Assembly: GCF_963921235.1 (NCBI RefSeq)
Contig: NC_086108.1
Location: forward strand, 40,488,001-40,552,000
Reading direction: 5' to 3'
Source: Mobula hypostoma
Lineage: Eukaryota
DNA length: 64,000 bases
The position numbers and the translations under genes were made by a program. Each line of letters starts with the position of its first letter. The first letter of the stretch is position 1. This document shows positions 24,690 through 38,240 of the stretch, piece by piece. The notes beneath the pieces were generated by a model, which worked only from the letters and a program-made list of their open reading frames with translations, ran no database searches and was not told the origin of the DNA.

Positions 24690-25860
24690 AACGGCCTACT
24701 GCCCCAGGCTTTAATGCTGTGGTAACATTTGCCAGACGGAAGCAGCTGAAACAGTTTATGGTTGGGGTGACTGGTGTCCCTGATGATCTTCCAGGCCTTC
24801 TTTATGAACCTACGTAAGTTTCTTCAATGGAGGGAAGTTCACATCCACAGATGTGCTGGGCTGTCCTTACCACTCTCTGCAGTGCCCAGCAATCAAGGTT
24901 GGTGTAGTTCCTGTACCATGCAGTGATACAGCCAGTCAGGATATTCTCAAAGTGCCCCTGTAGAATGTCTTGAGGACCTGGGGGCTCATGCCATACTTCT
25001 TCAGCTGCCTGAGGTGGAAGAGACACTATTGAGCTATTTTTACCACACAGCCGGTCCAGGTGAGATCTTCAGTGATGTGTATACTGAGTAACTTGAAACT
25101 ACTTATCCTCTCAACTGCAGTCCCATTGACATTGATCAGGGCAGTCTGTAATCCTCCTGTAATCCACGATCAGCTCTTTTGTTTTTTGGACATTGAGGGA
25201 GTGGTTGTTATCTTGGCACCACTATGTCAGAATGTCACCCTCTCCTCTGTAGGCTGTCTCATCACTGCTAGAAATCAGGCCGGTCAAAGCCATGTCATCT
25301 GCATATTGGATCAGCAGATTAGAGCTGTGTGGCAGTACAGTTGTGGGTGTAAAGGGAGTGGAGGAGCGGACTCAGGACACAGCCTGAGAGGCACATGTGT
25401 TGAGGGTCAGAAGGGTAAAGGTGAGGGAGCCCATTCTTACCACCTGTTGGCAATCTGATAGGAATTCTAGGGTCCAGCTGCACAAGTCGAGTTGCAGGCT
25501 GAGGTTCCTGTCAAGTTTGGAGGAATTACGGTGTTGAATGCTGAACTATAGTCCGGGAACAGCATTCTAACATATGCATCCCCCTCCTCCAGGTGAGTGA
25601 GGGCAGTGTGTAGAGGCTGTGGCTATGGCGTCATCGGTAGACCAGTTCCATTGGTAGGCGAATTGTAGTGGGTCCAGTGTGGGTAGTAGTATGCTGCAGA
25701 TATAGTCTTTAACAAGCCTCTCAAAGCATTTGCTTATAATTGAGGTGAGTGCAACAGGGCACCAATTGTTCTGACATGCTACTTTGGTTTTCTTAGGTAC
25801 AGGGACAATTTGAAACAGGAGGGCACTACACACTGGGAGAGGGAGAGATTAAAAATGTCC
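24690..25860 (-). mobile_element. Rex1/Babar LINE reverse transcriptase fragment
   Basis: [37 protein letters not shown]...[16 protein letters not shown] and ENILTGCITAWY...ALQRVVRTAQHI. Confidence 0.85.
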
Positions 25861-26249
25861 AATGAGCATTCAATGCTGCAAATTATTGACTACTTGCATT
25901 CCATCTACCTCTTGACATGTTTTTAACTTAACACCTGAGATTTTAAAACTGAAAACAATTAACAATTAAATGTTAAACTGATGAACTAGACCTTCAGTTC
26001 TATTAATGTTTTTGAAGGAAAACATCATTTCCCTTTTTGGAGAGTTGTTTTAAACACATATTTGACTTCAGCTCCTAGCTGACAAAGGGATTATTTTCCT
26101 CTAAACACTCCCCTCTGATTCAAACTATACCAAACATATTGGCTTGTGGACATCTATGATTGATGAAAATAGATTTTGTTCTATACCGATATGTTTTTTA
26201 AACCTGCTGAACTACTAAAGCAAATTAACATTGTTCTTTCTCTGAGTTA

Positions 26250-29200
26250 TAAGAGCATAAGAACTAGGAACAGAATTAGGCTGCTTGACCTACCTAGTCC
26301 GCTCCAACATTCTGTCATGGCTGATTTACTTTCCTCTCAACCCCACTTACCTGCCTTCTCTTCGTAACCGTTGACGCCCTGTTTAATCAAGAACCAATCA
26401 ACATCCACCTTAAATATATCTAATGACTTAGCCTACACAGCTGCCTATGGCAAAGAATTCAACTGATACGCCACACTTCAGCTGAAGAAATTTTTTCTCA
26501 AATCTGTTTTAAATGGACATCCCTCAATTCTGAGCCTCTGCCCTTTGGTCTTATACTGCCCCTCTTCTTCACATCCACTCTATCCAGACCTTTCAATATT
26601 CGACAGGTTTCAATGAGATTCCCCCTACACCCCCCCCCCATTCTTCTAATCTCTAGAGAGTACAGGTCCAGAGCAGTCAAAAGCTCCTCATATTTTAAAC
26701 CTTCCATTCTTGCAATCATTCTTGTTAACCTCCTCTGGTCTCTCTCCAATATCAGCATATCTTTTCTTAGATAAGGGATCCAAAACTGTTCACAATACTC
26801 CAAGTGTGGTATGACCAATGCCTTATAAAACCTCAGCATTACATCCTTGCTTTTTTCATTCTAGTCTTCTGGAAATGAATGCCAACATTGCATTTGTCTT
26901 CCTTACCAACCTGCAAGTTAACCTTCAGGGAATCCTGCACAAGGATTCCCAAGTCCTCTGCAACTCTGATTTTTGAATTTTCTCCCCACCTTTATTCCTT
27001 CTGCCAAAGTATATGACCATGCACTTCCCGACACCATATTCCATCTGCCACTTTGCCCTTTCTCCTAATCTGTCTAAGTCCTTCTGCAGAAATCCTCCTT
27101 CCTCAACACTACCTGCCTTTTCACTTATCTTTCTATCATTCACTATTTGGCCACAAAGCCACACAATTCCTTCATCCAAATCATTGACATACAATGTGAA
27201 AAGAAGTGGTCCCAACACCAACCCCTGCAGCACACCATTAGCAAAAGCATCTTTTATTCCTATTCTTTGTCCACTGCCAATCAGCCAATCTTCTATGAGC
27301 TCTAGTGTTACTACGGGCTTTTATTTTGTTAAACACCCTCATGTGCAACACCTTTTCAAAGGCCTTCTGGAAATCCAAACAAACAACATCCTGTCTGGTT
27401 AGTTCCTCAAAGAATTCTGAAAGATTTGTGAAGCAAGACTTCCTCTTTAGAAAACCATGCTGACCTTGGCCTATTTTATCACGTACCTCTAAGTAACTCT
27501 GAAACCTCTTCCTTAATAATATAGAGTCCAACATATTTCCAACCACTGAATTCAGGCTAACTGACTTATGATTTCCTTTCTTCTGCCTCCTTCCCTTCTT
27601 AAAGAGTGCAATTTTCCAGTCCTCATTAACCATTCCAGAATCTAATGATTCTTGAAAGTTCATTACTAATGTTTCCACCATCTCTTCTACTACCTCTTTA
27701 AGAACCCTGGCATGTTGTCCATCTGGTCCAGGTGACTTATCTAACTTCAGTCTTTTTAGCTTCTCAAGCACCTTCTCCTCAGTAATAGTAATGACACTCA
27801 CTTCTGCCCCCTGACACTCCTGCATTTCTGGCACTCTGCTAGTGTCTTCCACAGTAAAGACCGATGCAAAATACTTATTAGGATCCACAACTATTTCTTT
27901 GCACCCCATTTCTACCTTTGCAATGCCATTTTCCAATGGTCTGATATCCACTACATTTTGTACCCTCTTTTATATTATTGGCTAGCTTACCTTCATATTT
28001 ACCTTCTTATGGCTTTTTAGTTGACTTCAGTTGGCATTTAAAAGCTTCTCAATCCTTTATCTTCCCACTAATTTTTTCTATGTATTATGCACTCTTTTTT
28101 GCTGTTATGACAATAGACAATAGGAGCAGGGGTAGCCCATTCGGCCCTTTGAGCCAGCACCGCCATTCACTGTGATCATGGCTGATCATCCACAATCAGT
28201 ATCCAGTTCCTGCCTTATCCCCATAACCTTTGATTCCGCTATCTTTAAGAGCTCTATCAATCTCCTCCGTGAAAGCATCCAGAGACTTGGCCTCCACAGC
28301 CTTCTGGGGCAGAGCATTCCACATATCCACCACTCTCTGGGTGAAAAAGTTTTTCCTCAACTCCGTTCTAAATGGCCTACCCCTTATTCTTAAACTGCGG
28401 CCTCTGGTTCTGGACTCAGCCAACAGCGGGAACATGCTTCCTGCCTCCAGCGTGTCCAATCCCTTAATAATCTTATATGTTTCAATCAGATCCCCTCTCA
28501 TCCTTCTAAATTCCAGAGTATACAAGCCCAGTCGCTCCAATCTTTCGACATATGACGTCTTTGACTTCTCCTGTCAAACATTGCTGCTTCATCCTCTCTT
28601 TAGAATACTTCTTCATCATTGCTGTTCTGCTGTCATTTCTGCTAGTGTCCTCTTCCAAGCAATTTGGCCAGCTTCTCTCTCATGCCTCTGTAATTCCCTT
28701 TACTCCACTGTAAAACTGATGCATCTGATTCTAAAATTGCAGGTTGAATTCTATCATATGGGCTATTACTAGGGCTATTATTCTATTACTAGGGCTATGG
28801 GTAACCCTAGTAATTTCTAAGGTAGGGACATGTTTGGCACAACTTTGTGGGCCAAAGGGCTTGTATTGTGCTATAGGTTTTCTATTCTATACTATTCGTA
28901 TTATGATCACTATCTCCTAAGGGTTCCTATACCTTAAATTTCCTAATCGAATCTGAGTCATTACATAACACCCAATTCAGAATTTCCATTTCCCTAGTGG
29001 ACTCAACCACAAGCTGCTCTAAAAACCATCTTGTAGGCATTCTACGAAGTCCCTCTCTTGGATTCCAGCACCAACCTGATTTTCCTAATCTACGTGCATA
29101 TTGAAATCGCATGTGATTATTGCAGCATTGTCTTTTTCACATGCCTTTTCTATCTCCTGTTGTAATTTGCATCCCAAATCCTGGCTAATGTTTGGAGGCC

Positions 29201-30850
29201 AGTATATAACTCCCATCAAGGTCTTTTTACCCTTGCAATTTCTAAACTCTACCCAGAAGGATTCCACATCTTCTGATACTACATCACCTTTCTAAGGATT
29301 TGATTTCATTTTTTACCAACAGAGCCACACCACTCCCTCTGCTTACCTGCCTGTCCTTTTGGTACAATGCATATCCTTTGATGTTAAACTCCCAATTGTG
29401 ATCTTCTTTCAGCCACGACTCAGTGATGCCCACAACATCATACCTGCTAATCTCGCGCTGCACTACAAGATCATCTACCTTATTCCGTGTAGCGTGTACA
29501 TTCAGATATAACGCCTTCTTCCTGATTGCATCACCCTTTTCAATTCTGGCCCCCCCCATCACAATTTAATTTGTCCTACTGACAGCAATGTTGCCCCTAT
29601 CATCTGTCTGTCCTTCACAGTCTCACTACACACTGTATCTACTTCCATCTGTCCCATTCACAGCCCTTTACTTCGGTTCCCACTCCCCTGCCAAATTAGT
29701 TTAAACCCTCCCATACAGCTCTAGCAATCCTGCCCACAAGGATATTGGTTCCCTTTGGGTTCAGGTATAACCCGCCTTTTTTGTACAGGTTGTAAATTCA
29801 CCAGAAGAGATTCCAATGATCCAGAAATCTGAAATCCTTCCCTTTGCACTAATTCTTCAACGTTGCATTGATCTGACACATCATCCTATTCTTACCCTCA
29901 CTGGCAAGTGTCACGTGCAGCAATCCTGAGGTTACTGCTGGGAGGGGGTGGGGGTCCTGCTTTTCAGCTTTCTAATTAACTCCCGATATTCTCTCTTCAG
30001 GACCTCCTCCCTTTTCCTACCTATGTTGTTAGTACCAATATATACCACGACCTCCTGCTGTTCACCCTCGCCCTTTAGAATGTCGTGGACCCGATTCAAG
30101 GCGTCCCAGCCCCGGCACCTGGGACGCAAGATAGCATATGGGTGTCTCTTTCATGTCTACAGAATCTGCTTTCTGTTCCTCTAATTATGGGATCTCCTAC
30201 TATACTCCTCTTCTTCCCCCCTTTCCATCTGAGCCAAAGAGCCAGACCCAGTGCCAAAGAGCTGGTCGCTGCTGCTTCCCTCTGGTAGGTTGTCTCTCCC
30301 AACAGTATCCAAAGTGGTATACTTACTGTTGAGGGGAATAGCCACAGCGGTACTCTGTACTGGCTTCCTAATCCCTTTCCCTCTTCTGACAGTCACCCTG
30401 CAACCTGCCTCCTGCAACTTAGGGATGACTACCACTCTGTAGATCCTATTTATCGCCTCCTCATTCTCCCATATGAACCAAAGGTCATCGAGCTGCAGCT
30501 TCAGTTCCTTAATACTGTCTCTAAGGAGTTGCAGCTTGGCGTACTTCATGCAGATGCAATTGCCACAGAGACTGGAGTTCTGCCAAACTTCCCATACCTC
30601 GTGCAAGAAACATGCCACTACACTCAGATCCATTCTCTGTGCACCGGCTATGTACGAAAAGGGAAAAAACTTCCTTGGAAACTTCCTTACATACCTACTT
30701 AGAGCCCCCACCTGTGCTTACTGAAGCCTGTTCTCACCTAAGCACCTCCTTTCTTGTTATTGGCCCCACAATGATTGGCGCGCACTGAGAAAAAGGCCAA
30801 AAAGCACCCAAGCGCTGTGTCACCGGCGGATGACCGCTCGTGCTGATTGC
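26250..30850 (-). mobile_element. Near full-length decayed CR1 LINE (ORF1 zinc finger/esterase; ORF2 endonuclease + RT)
   Basis: ORFs 30181-30711 and 29932-30302 (IVGDPIIRG, VYIGTNNI), 29284-29562 (YDVVGITESWL), 27238-27951 (KSPGPDG, QHGF), 26925-27233 (QGLVLGPLLF), 26498-26839. Confidence 0.92.
28112..28550 (-). mobile_element. Young 5'-truncated CR1 nested in the older CR1
   Basis: Open ORF 28196-28540 ([14 protein letters not shown]...RTRGRSL); TSD TATGAC (28106-28111, 28551-28556); (CTATTGT)n tail. Confidence 0.88.
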
Positions 30851-31809
30851 TCCCCACTGAGTTACGTTAAGACAAATTTATCTTAAGTAGATTAACAGTT
30901 GAACAAAAATGATAAAGGTTTGCGACTGCATTCATCTGCCAATATTAGTAAGTCTTCTCTAGACTTGTGGTTCACTGCAGGAAAAATAGAGTTCCAATTG
31001 TAACTGGGCTGGAGGAAGTTCATTATCACGTCACAGATTTTGATATGGAAAACCATGTGACCAATTATAATGAACCTGTCTTGTATAATTGCAATGACCT
31101 GCTTCACAATATTCAATAATAACCATATAACCATATAATCTTTAAAAATAACTGAAAGCCCATTATATTAGGAGTTGATGTTAGGATTATTGTTAAGTAG
31201 GAAGAAAATCTTTCTAAACAACAGCCTTAAATGAGCAGGGTGCACATTATCTCCATGTTAAGCTTTGACCTGTAATTTCTCTGGATCTATTCTCCCTCAG
31301 AGAAACTGTTTTTTTTGAACTGCACACGAATTGCTTTTTTCAAACATTGTTTTTAAGTTGCCCTCCTCCATCTGAAACATCTGATCAAGGTTAGTTAAAG
31401 GAACAAAAGATTGTAGTTGTGAACTATTGGTTACATCAGCTGGGACTGTGGGCAGGCAGGCTGCACCACTCCCTGGAGTCTCTGGAGCCGAGCACCTGTC
31501 TATCAGCTGCTTTCTCTGTGTATAGTGGGTCAGGCACTCAGAGAAGATGCAAGCTGTTATAGGTGAGGTTGAGCGCACTTACAAGTGCAATATGCACTGA
31601 TGATTTTATGAAAGAGCAGAATTGCCAAAATTAGGTTAGTAAATTGTGCTTATTTTAAGCAAAAGTCATGCATCAAAGCGTTTACAAATGTTTTTAAGTG
31701 CTTTTGGCAGAAACCTTACCCATTAAGAAACTGGACCATACACTCCCAAGTAAAATTCCAGGCAATGTGATATTGCTTCCTCGTTGTATTTAATCCATTT
31801 ATGCATTCT

Positions 31810-33260
31810 TGATTGCATTGTTGGGAAAATGTTGGAGTCCATTATTAAGGGTGAGGTTTTGGGTACTTGGGCGCAAATGAAAAAATATGCCAAAGTCAAC
31901 ACAGTTTCCATGGTTCCCAATCTTTTTTTTATGCCATGGACCCTTGCCATTAACCGAGGGATCTATGGACCCCATGGATCCCAGGGTGGGAACCCCTGCC
32001 TTAAGCAGAAATCTTGCCTGACATATCTGTAGGAATTCTTTGAGGAAATAACAGGCAGAGTAGACAAAGGAAAGAGTCTGTGGATGTTGTTTACTTGGAT
32101 TTTCAGAAGGCCTTTGACAAGGCACCACACATGAGGCTGCTTAACAAGAGCACATGACACAACAGAAACGATACTAGCATGGACAGAAGATTAGCTAACT
32201 GGCAGGAGACAAAGAGTAGAAATAAATGAAACCTATTCTGGTTGGCTGTTGGTGACTAGTGGTGTTCTGCAAGGGTCAGTTTTGGGACCACTTCTTTTCA
32301 CGTTATATATCAATAATTTGGATGACAAAATTGATGGTTTTGAGGACAAGTTTGTGGATAATACAAAGATAGGTGGAGGAGCAAGCAGGGTTGAGGAAGC
32401 AGGGAATCTGCAGAAGAACGTGAACAGATTAGGAGAATGGGCAAAGAAGTGGTAACTGGAATACAGTGTCAGGAAGTGTATGGCTGTGTACTTTACTAGA
32501 AGGAATAAGGGCAAAGACTATTTTCTAAACATGGAGAAAATTCAAAAATCAGAGGTGTATAGGGACTTGGGAGTCTTTCGGCAGGATTCCCTAAATGTTA
32601 ACTTGCAGGTTGAGTCGGTGCTAAGGATGGCAAATGCAATGTTAGCATTCATTTCAAGAGGAATATAGTAAAAGCAAAGATGCAATGGTGATGCTTTAAA
32701 AAGGATTGGTAAAACCACACAGTGTATTGTGAGCGGTCTTGGTCCTCGTATCTAGGAAAAAGATATGCTGGCATTGGATAGGGTCCAGAGCAGGTTAACA
32801 AAATGATTCTGGGCATGAAGGGGTTAATGTTTGAGGAATGTTTGATCTCTCCGGACCTGTGCTTGCTGGAGTTGAGAAGAATGAGGAGAATCTCATTGAA
32901 AGCTACTGAATCTTGGAAGTCTTAGATAGAGTGGATGTAGCGAGAATATTTCCTACAGTGGGAAAGTCTCGGACCAGATGGCACAGCCTCAGAATAAGGG
33001 GACATTCATTTGAACAGAGATGAGAAGGGACTTCATTAGCTAAGGGGTGGCAAATGCATGGAATTCATTGCTGCAGATGGCTGTAGAGGCAGTCAACTGG
33101 TATATTTAAAGCTGAGATTGATAGGTTCTTGATTAGTCAGAGGTCACGAGGAGAAGGCAGGAGAATGGGGTTGAGTGAAATAATAAATCACCCTTAATGA
33201 AATGGTGGAGCAGACTCGTAGGGCTGAAAGCCTAATTCTACTCCTATGTCTTACGGTCCT
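31810..33260 (+). mobile_element. 5'-truncated CR1 RT region
   Basis: VTSGVLQGSVLGPLLF...KFVDNTKIGG in ORF 32249-32455; CR1 tail at ~33200-33260. Confidence 0.88.
31909..31998. mobile_element. hAT MITE, same family, nested in CR1
   Basis: GGTTCCCAA...GGGAACCCCTG termini interrupting the CR1 QHGF region. Confidence 0.7.
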
Positions 33261-34355
33261 CTGACCTACCAAGAGAGGTTGCATCAAAAAGGTATGATCC
33301 ACAACCATCGTTGTTCACGAATGGTAAAGTGAGGATGCATAAAGTCAGGAACTGTTCTTGAAAGAAGAAACCACAGTGGGATATTATTTGCATCTTCACT
33401 ACCTTCTCCATATTGAGTTGCATATGCTGCTTTTTATCCGACTGGCAGGAGTGTCCATGATTGCAGCATTTCAGGTTGTATACATTCTCTAATATTAAAT
33501 GGACTATTGATCTTTGCACTAGATTCTGTCTTATGTGGCCCAATAATTGCTATGCAGTATAAAGGTACAATGTAGTATATAGGTGGGCTGTCTAATTATT
33601 GAATATTGCAACATTCTACCCCAGTCTCTATTCCTCTTGTACTTTTTCCCATTCTGTTCATTCTCAGTGTAGAATCCAATGATATTGAGAAAGTTATTTG
33701 TCCCTGGTTTTCTCCAATGCCCTACAATTACTTCCTTATCAAGTGCTTATCAGATTCTTCTTTTGAGTTAGACCTCTACCATCATCTGCTCAGGTGCTCT
33801 CGATCAGATTAGATTAGATTAGATTCAACTTTATGGTCATTGTGCCGAGTACAGATACAAAGCCAATGAAATGCATTTAGCATCTGACCAGAAAGGCAAA
33901 GACTAGTGTTATTTACAAAATAACTGTGAATAAAAAAATTGCTACAGCACACAAATATAAAAGTACTGAGACAGTACAATACGGATGCATTACTGCTTAG
34001 CGCTGTGATGAGAGGTTCAGCAGTGTCACAGCCTCAGGGAAGGAGCTCTTCCTGTGCCATACCACACTGAGATGCAGTTGGTGAGTATGCTGTCAATGGT
34101 ACAGATAACAGCATGCTGAACAAAAAGAACTCTCTTCCTCTCAGATGCCCATGTTGCAAATGGATTAGCATATGTGGCCCCTGACTGCCAAATTCCTTGC
34201 CTCAAGAAACAAATTATTTTCTTCTGAGTCTTCCAAAAAGTGTAAAAAATGCCAGGCATCACATTTTCTGCATTTGCTAGCATATTTATCGTTTCCTTAG
34301 ACTATTCACATTGTCAAGATGGCATCATTTTTTCAGTCCCAAACTTTCCATTACG

Positions 34356-36170
34356 CCATAAGACCATAAAAGCATAAGATATAGGAGCAGAATTAGAATA
34401 TTTGGCCCATCAAGTTTGCCCCGTCATTTCATCATGGCTGATCCATTTTCCTTCTCAGCCCCAATCTCCTTCCTTCTCCCCATATCCCTTCATGCCTTGA
34501 TTAATTAAGAATCTATCAACCACTGCCTTAAACAGACTTGGCACCACAGCCACAGGTGGCAATGAATTCCACAGATTCACCACTCTGGCTAAAGAAATAC
34601 CTTCTCATCTCCGTTCTAAAAGGACGTCCCTCTATTCTGAGGCTGTGTCCTCTGGTCTAGGACTCTCCCACCACAGGAAACATCCTCTCCACATCAACTC
34701 TATCAAGGCCTTTCACCATTTGATAGGTTTCACCCCTCATTTCTAAATTCCAGTGAGTCGAGGCCCAAAACCATCAAATGCTCCTATGACAAGCCTTTCA
34801 ATCCTGAAATCGTTTTCCTGAACTCCCTTTGAATCCTTTCTAATGTCAGCACATCCTTTCCTAGTTAAGGAGCCCAAAACTGCTCACAATACTCCAAGTG
34901 AGGTCTCACTATTGTCTTATAAAGCCTCAACATTACCTCCTTGCTTTTATATTCCAGTCCTCTTGAAATGAATGCTATCATCACATTTGCCTTCTTCACC
35001 ACCAACTCAACCAGCAAATTAACTTTTAGGGAATCCTGCACAAGGACTCCCAATTCCCTTTGCACCTCATATTTTTGAATTAGAAAATAGTCTACCCTTT
35101 TCTTTCTTCTACCAAAGTGTATGACCATACACTTCCCAACAGCGTAATTCATCTGTCACTTCTTTGCCCAATCAAATCTGTATAGTCCTTCTGTAGCCTC
35201 TCTACTTCCTCAAAACTACCTGCCTCTCCACTATCTTCACATTGTCCGCAAACTTTGCCACAAAGCCATCAATACCATCATCCAAGTCATTGACATATAA
35301 TGTAAAAAGAAGCGGCCCCAACACAGACTCCTGTGGAACACCACTAGTCATAGGCAGCCAAACGAAAAAGGCTCCCTTTATTCTCATTCTTTGCCTCCTG
35401 AGAATCAGCCACTGTTTTATCCATGCTAATATCTTTCCTGTAATACCATGGGATTTTAACTTGTTAAGCAGCCTTGTGTGTGGACCTTGTCAAAGGCCTC
35501 TGAAAATCCAAGTACACAACATCTACTGATTCTCCTTTGTCTATCCTGCTTGTTATTTCTTCAAAGAATTCCAACAGGTTTGTCAGGCAAGATTTTCCCT
35601 TAGGGAAACCATGCTAACTACAGCCTACTTTGTCATGTGCCTCCAAATACTCCAAAACCATATTCTTAACAATCGACTCCAACATTTTCCCAACCACTGA
35701 GTCTAACTGGCCTATAATTTCTTTACTTCTGCCTTTCTTTCTTCTTGAAGAGTGGAGTGACATTTGCAATTTTCCATTCCTCTGGAACCATGCCAGAAGC
35801 AACTGATTCTTGGAAGATCATTATTAATGCTTCCACAGTCTTTTCAGCACCTCTTTCAGTACCCTGTGATGTAGTACATCTGGTCTAGGTGACTTGTCTA
35901 CCTTTAGTCCTTTCAATTTCCCAAGAATCTTCTCACTAGTAATGGCAACTTCACACATTTCTGCTCTCTGACACTCTCAAACTTCTGGTATATTGCTAGT
36001 GTCTTCCACAGAGAAGACTGATGCAAAATACTTATCCAGTTCTTCTGCCATTTCCATTGCTCCCTCTGCAGTATCATTTTCCAGCAATCTGATATGAACT
36101 CTCACCTCTTTTTTACACTTTATGTATCTGAAGAAACTTTCGCTGTCCTCTTTAATACTATTGGCTTTCC
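34356..36170 (-). mobile_element. 5'-truncated CR1 ORF2
   Basis: MTSGVPQESVLGPLLF...KFADN, RPHLEYCEQFWAP; (CATAAG)-type tail at ~34356-34385. Confidence 0.88.
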
Positions 36171-36719
36171 AGAAGAATTCCATATTTCTCTCTGTGCACA
36201 TCCCTGGTGATAGCATGTAGAGCAAAGAACCTTGTGTTCAGAATGATCATCAAAGACTACTTGATCCTCTTCCAGAACGTTATGGTGAAAAACACGGTCC
36301 AGATTGAAGTGCCATCTCAAAACAACATGTGATAATGCTGAGAACTGTGCTGTGCATGAACGATTTGCTAGGAAGGGCTTGTCTCAGCATTAGCCCAGTA
36401 AGTTCTTGTTGCTTGTTTGAGAGTTCTCATCAGGAATAATTCCCCAGATGTCTTTGACCATCTGCTCAGGAGAATGTACCATAGACTGTTGTTGTCTGAT
36501 CAGCTGAGCATCTCCAGAATTTTCTATTTGTTTTCCTTAATTTGTTTCTCTTTTCTCTCTAACTTCTCTCATTAGCCCATCAACCAGAAAATCTCCACAA
36601 CAGTAACCCTGGACTTGACATATCAGAGATTTTATCCACTGCATCCCCACCCCTAACCCTTATCTGCAAGTTGTAAATACAATATTTTCTCTCTTGGGCT
36701 TGATGAAGACCCATATGAA

Positions 36720-37300
36720 ACATACCAATTCCTGCTTGAGTACATTTTGCATAAGCTCCTCTTTGCCCACTAACACAACATTTCCACAGTAGATGTTATT
36801 TCATTGGCTCTTCACTCAACGCTGGACTGTCAGTACTGCAAAGATGCATGCATCAGGATGCTATTTATCAACTGAAGCTCAGCATTCAACACTATCATCC
36901 CCACAAAACTAATCAATAAGATTCAAGACCTTGGCCTCAATACTTCCTTGTGCAATTGGATCTTCTATTTCTTCACTTGCAGCCACCAATCAGTTTGGAT
37001 TGGCAACAATATTTCCTCCACAATCTCAGTCAGAACAGACTATGTGCTTAGCCCCCTGTCACCTATCACATCCCAGCTTCTTAGTTCTTACCCCTCCTCC
37101 ACCCACCTACATCCCCCCTCACCTAGCTTCACCTGTTAACTGTCAGCTTGTACTCCTTCCCCTCCCCTCATCTTCATATTCTACTATCTTCCCCCTTCCT
37201 TTCCAGTCCTGATGAAGATTCTCGGCCCAAAATATTGACTGTTTATCCCTCTCCACTGATGTTGCCTGACCTGCTGAGTTCCTCCAGTATTTTGTGTGTA
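36720..37300 (+). mobile_element. Rex1 RT fragment fused to a Penelope pyrimidine-rich tail with hammerhead motif
   Basis: [17 protein letters not shown]...LGL...LCNWI motif at ~36855-36965; CAGTCCTGATGAAGATTCTCGGCCCAAAATATTGACTG at ~37204-37241. Confidence 0.65.
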
Positions 37301-37959
37301 TGGCTCACTATATGGAAAAGAACTTGACACATCCACAGTTCCCGACTGCTGCGCTTTCCCTTGGGAGGAAAGGGAAACGAGATTTCCAAGTCACCCTGGG
37401 CATCTGTTACAAGTCTTTGGCCAGAAGCCGAACATTATCAATGACAGAGATCTCATATTAAGTCTTCTGGTTAATATCTCAGCCGGGCTCACTGTGTAAT
37501 ACAAAGAAATCTAGAAGAAAGGAGTGGAAACAAAGAATGTAATCGCATATCTCATCATTACAACGTTACACTTTGCAGGCAACAATGGATTCTTGGATTC
37601 ACAATCCCATCTCCCATTGTATGTGATCTATTGGTGGTCCTAGGTCAACCTGTATGGGGGAGTGGGTTCTTGTAGTTGATCCATGGCAATGCCAGGCACC
37701 TTGTAATTCTTGACTCACTAACTGAAGGTAACTGGTATAGATGCTAATAGAATTCCAGTGAAATACTTTAGAAGCACAGTGCACAAATGGATCTTAAGCA
37801 GAGTAAAATTGTTTAACACTAACCTCCGTGGTGTACTTCGTCAGTTAGCGGATGACTTCATTATCAGACTGAGGTAATTACATACCTCTATCATTTTCTA
37901 TAAGGAGCTTCTATTTTTAATAATAAAATCTGGAGGCATTTTCATCTGTGATAAAGCAA

Positions 37960-38240
37960 ATCTTTATCCTTCAGCCAACACCTCCAAAGACACATTATCT
38001 GATCAATTATCTTTGGTCTTTACCAAAGTTAGAGCTGGATGAGTGAGCATTCGGCATGGACTAGAAGGGCCGAGATGGCCTGTTTCTGTGCTGTAATTGT
38101 TATATGGTTATATGGTTTACAAGACCTCCCCATCGTGTCAAGCTCTCTGTCTCATTTTCCTTCATGGTAAAACCAACATTGTCTGAATAGTGCTTGGGGT
38201 GTTCTGAAATTATCTTTCGTCTTTGCAATGCTATATTTAA
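37960..38240 (+). mobile_element. Old DeuSINE-like (SacSINE1/AmnSINE-type core) remnant, split by a CR1 tail at ~38030-38115
   Basis: TTTATCCTTCAGCCAACACCTCCAAAGACACATTATCTGATCAATTATC resembles the Deu-domain consensus as I recall it. Confidence 0.4.
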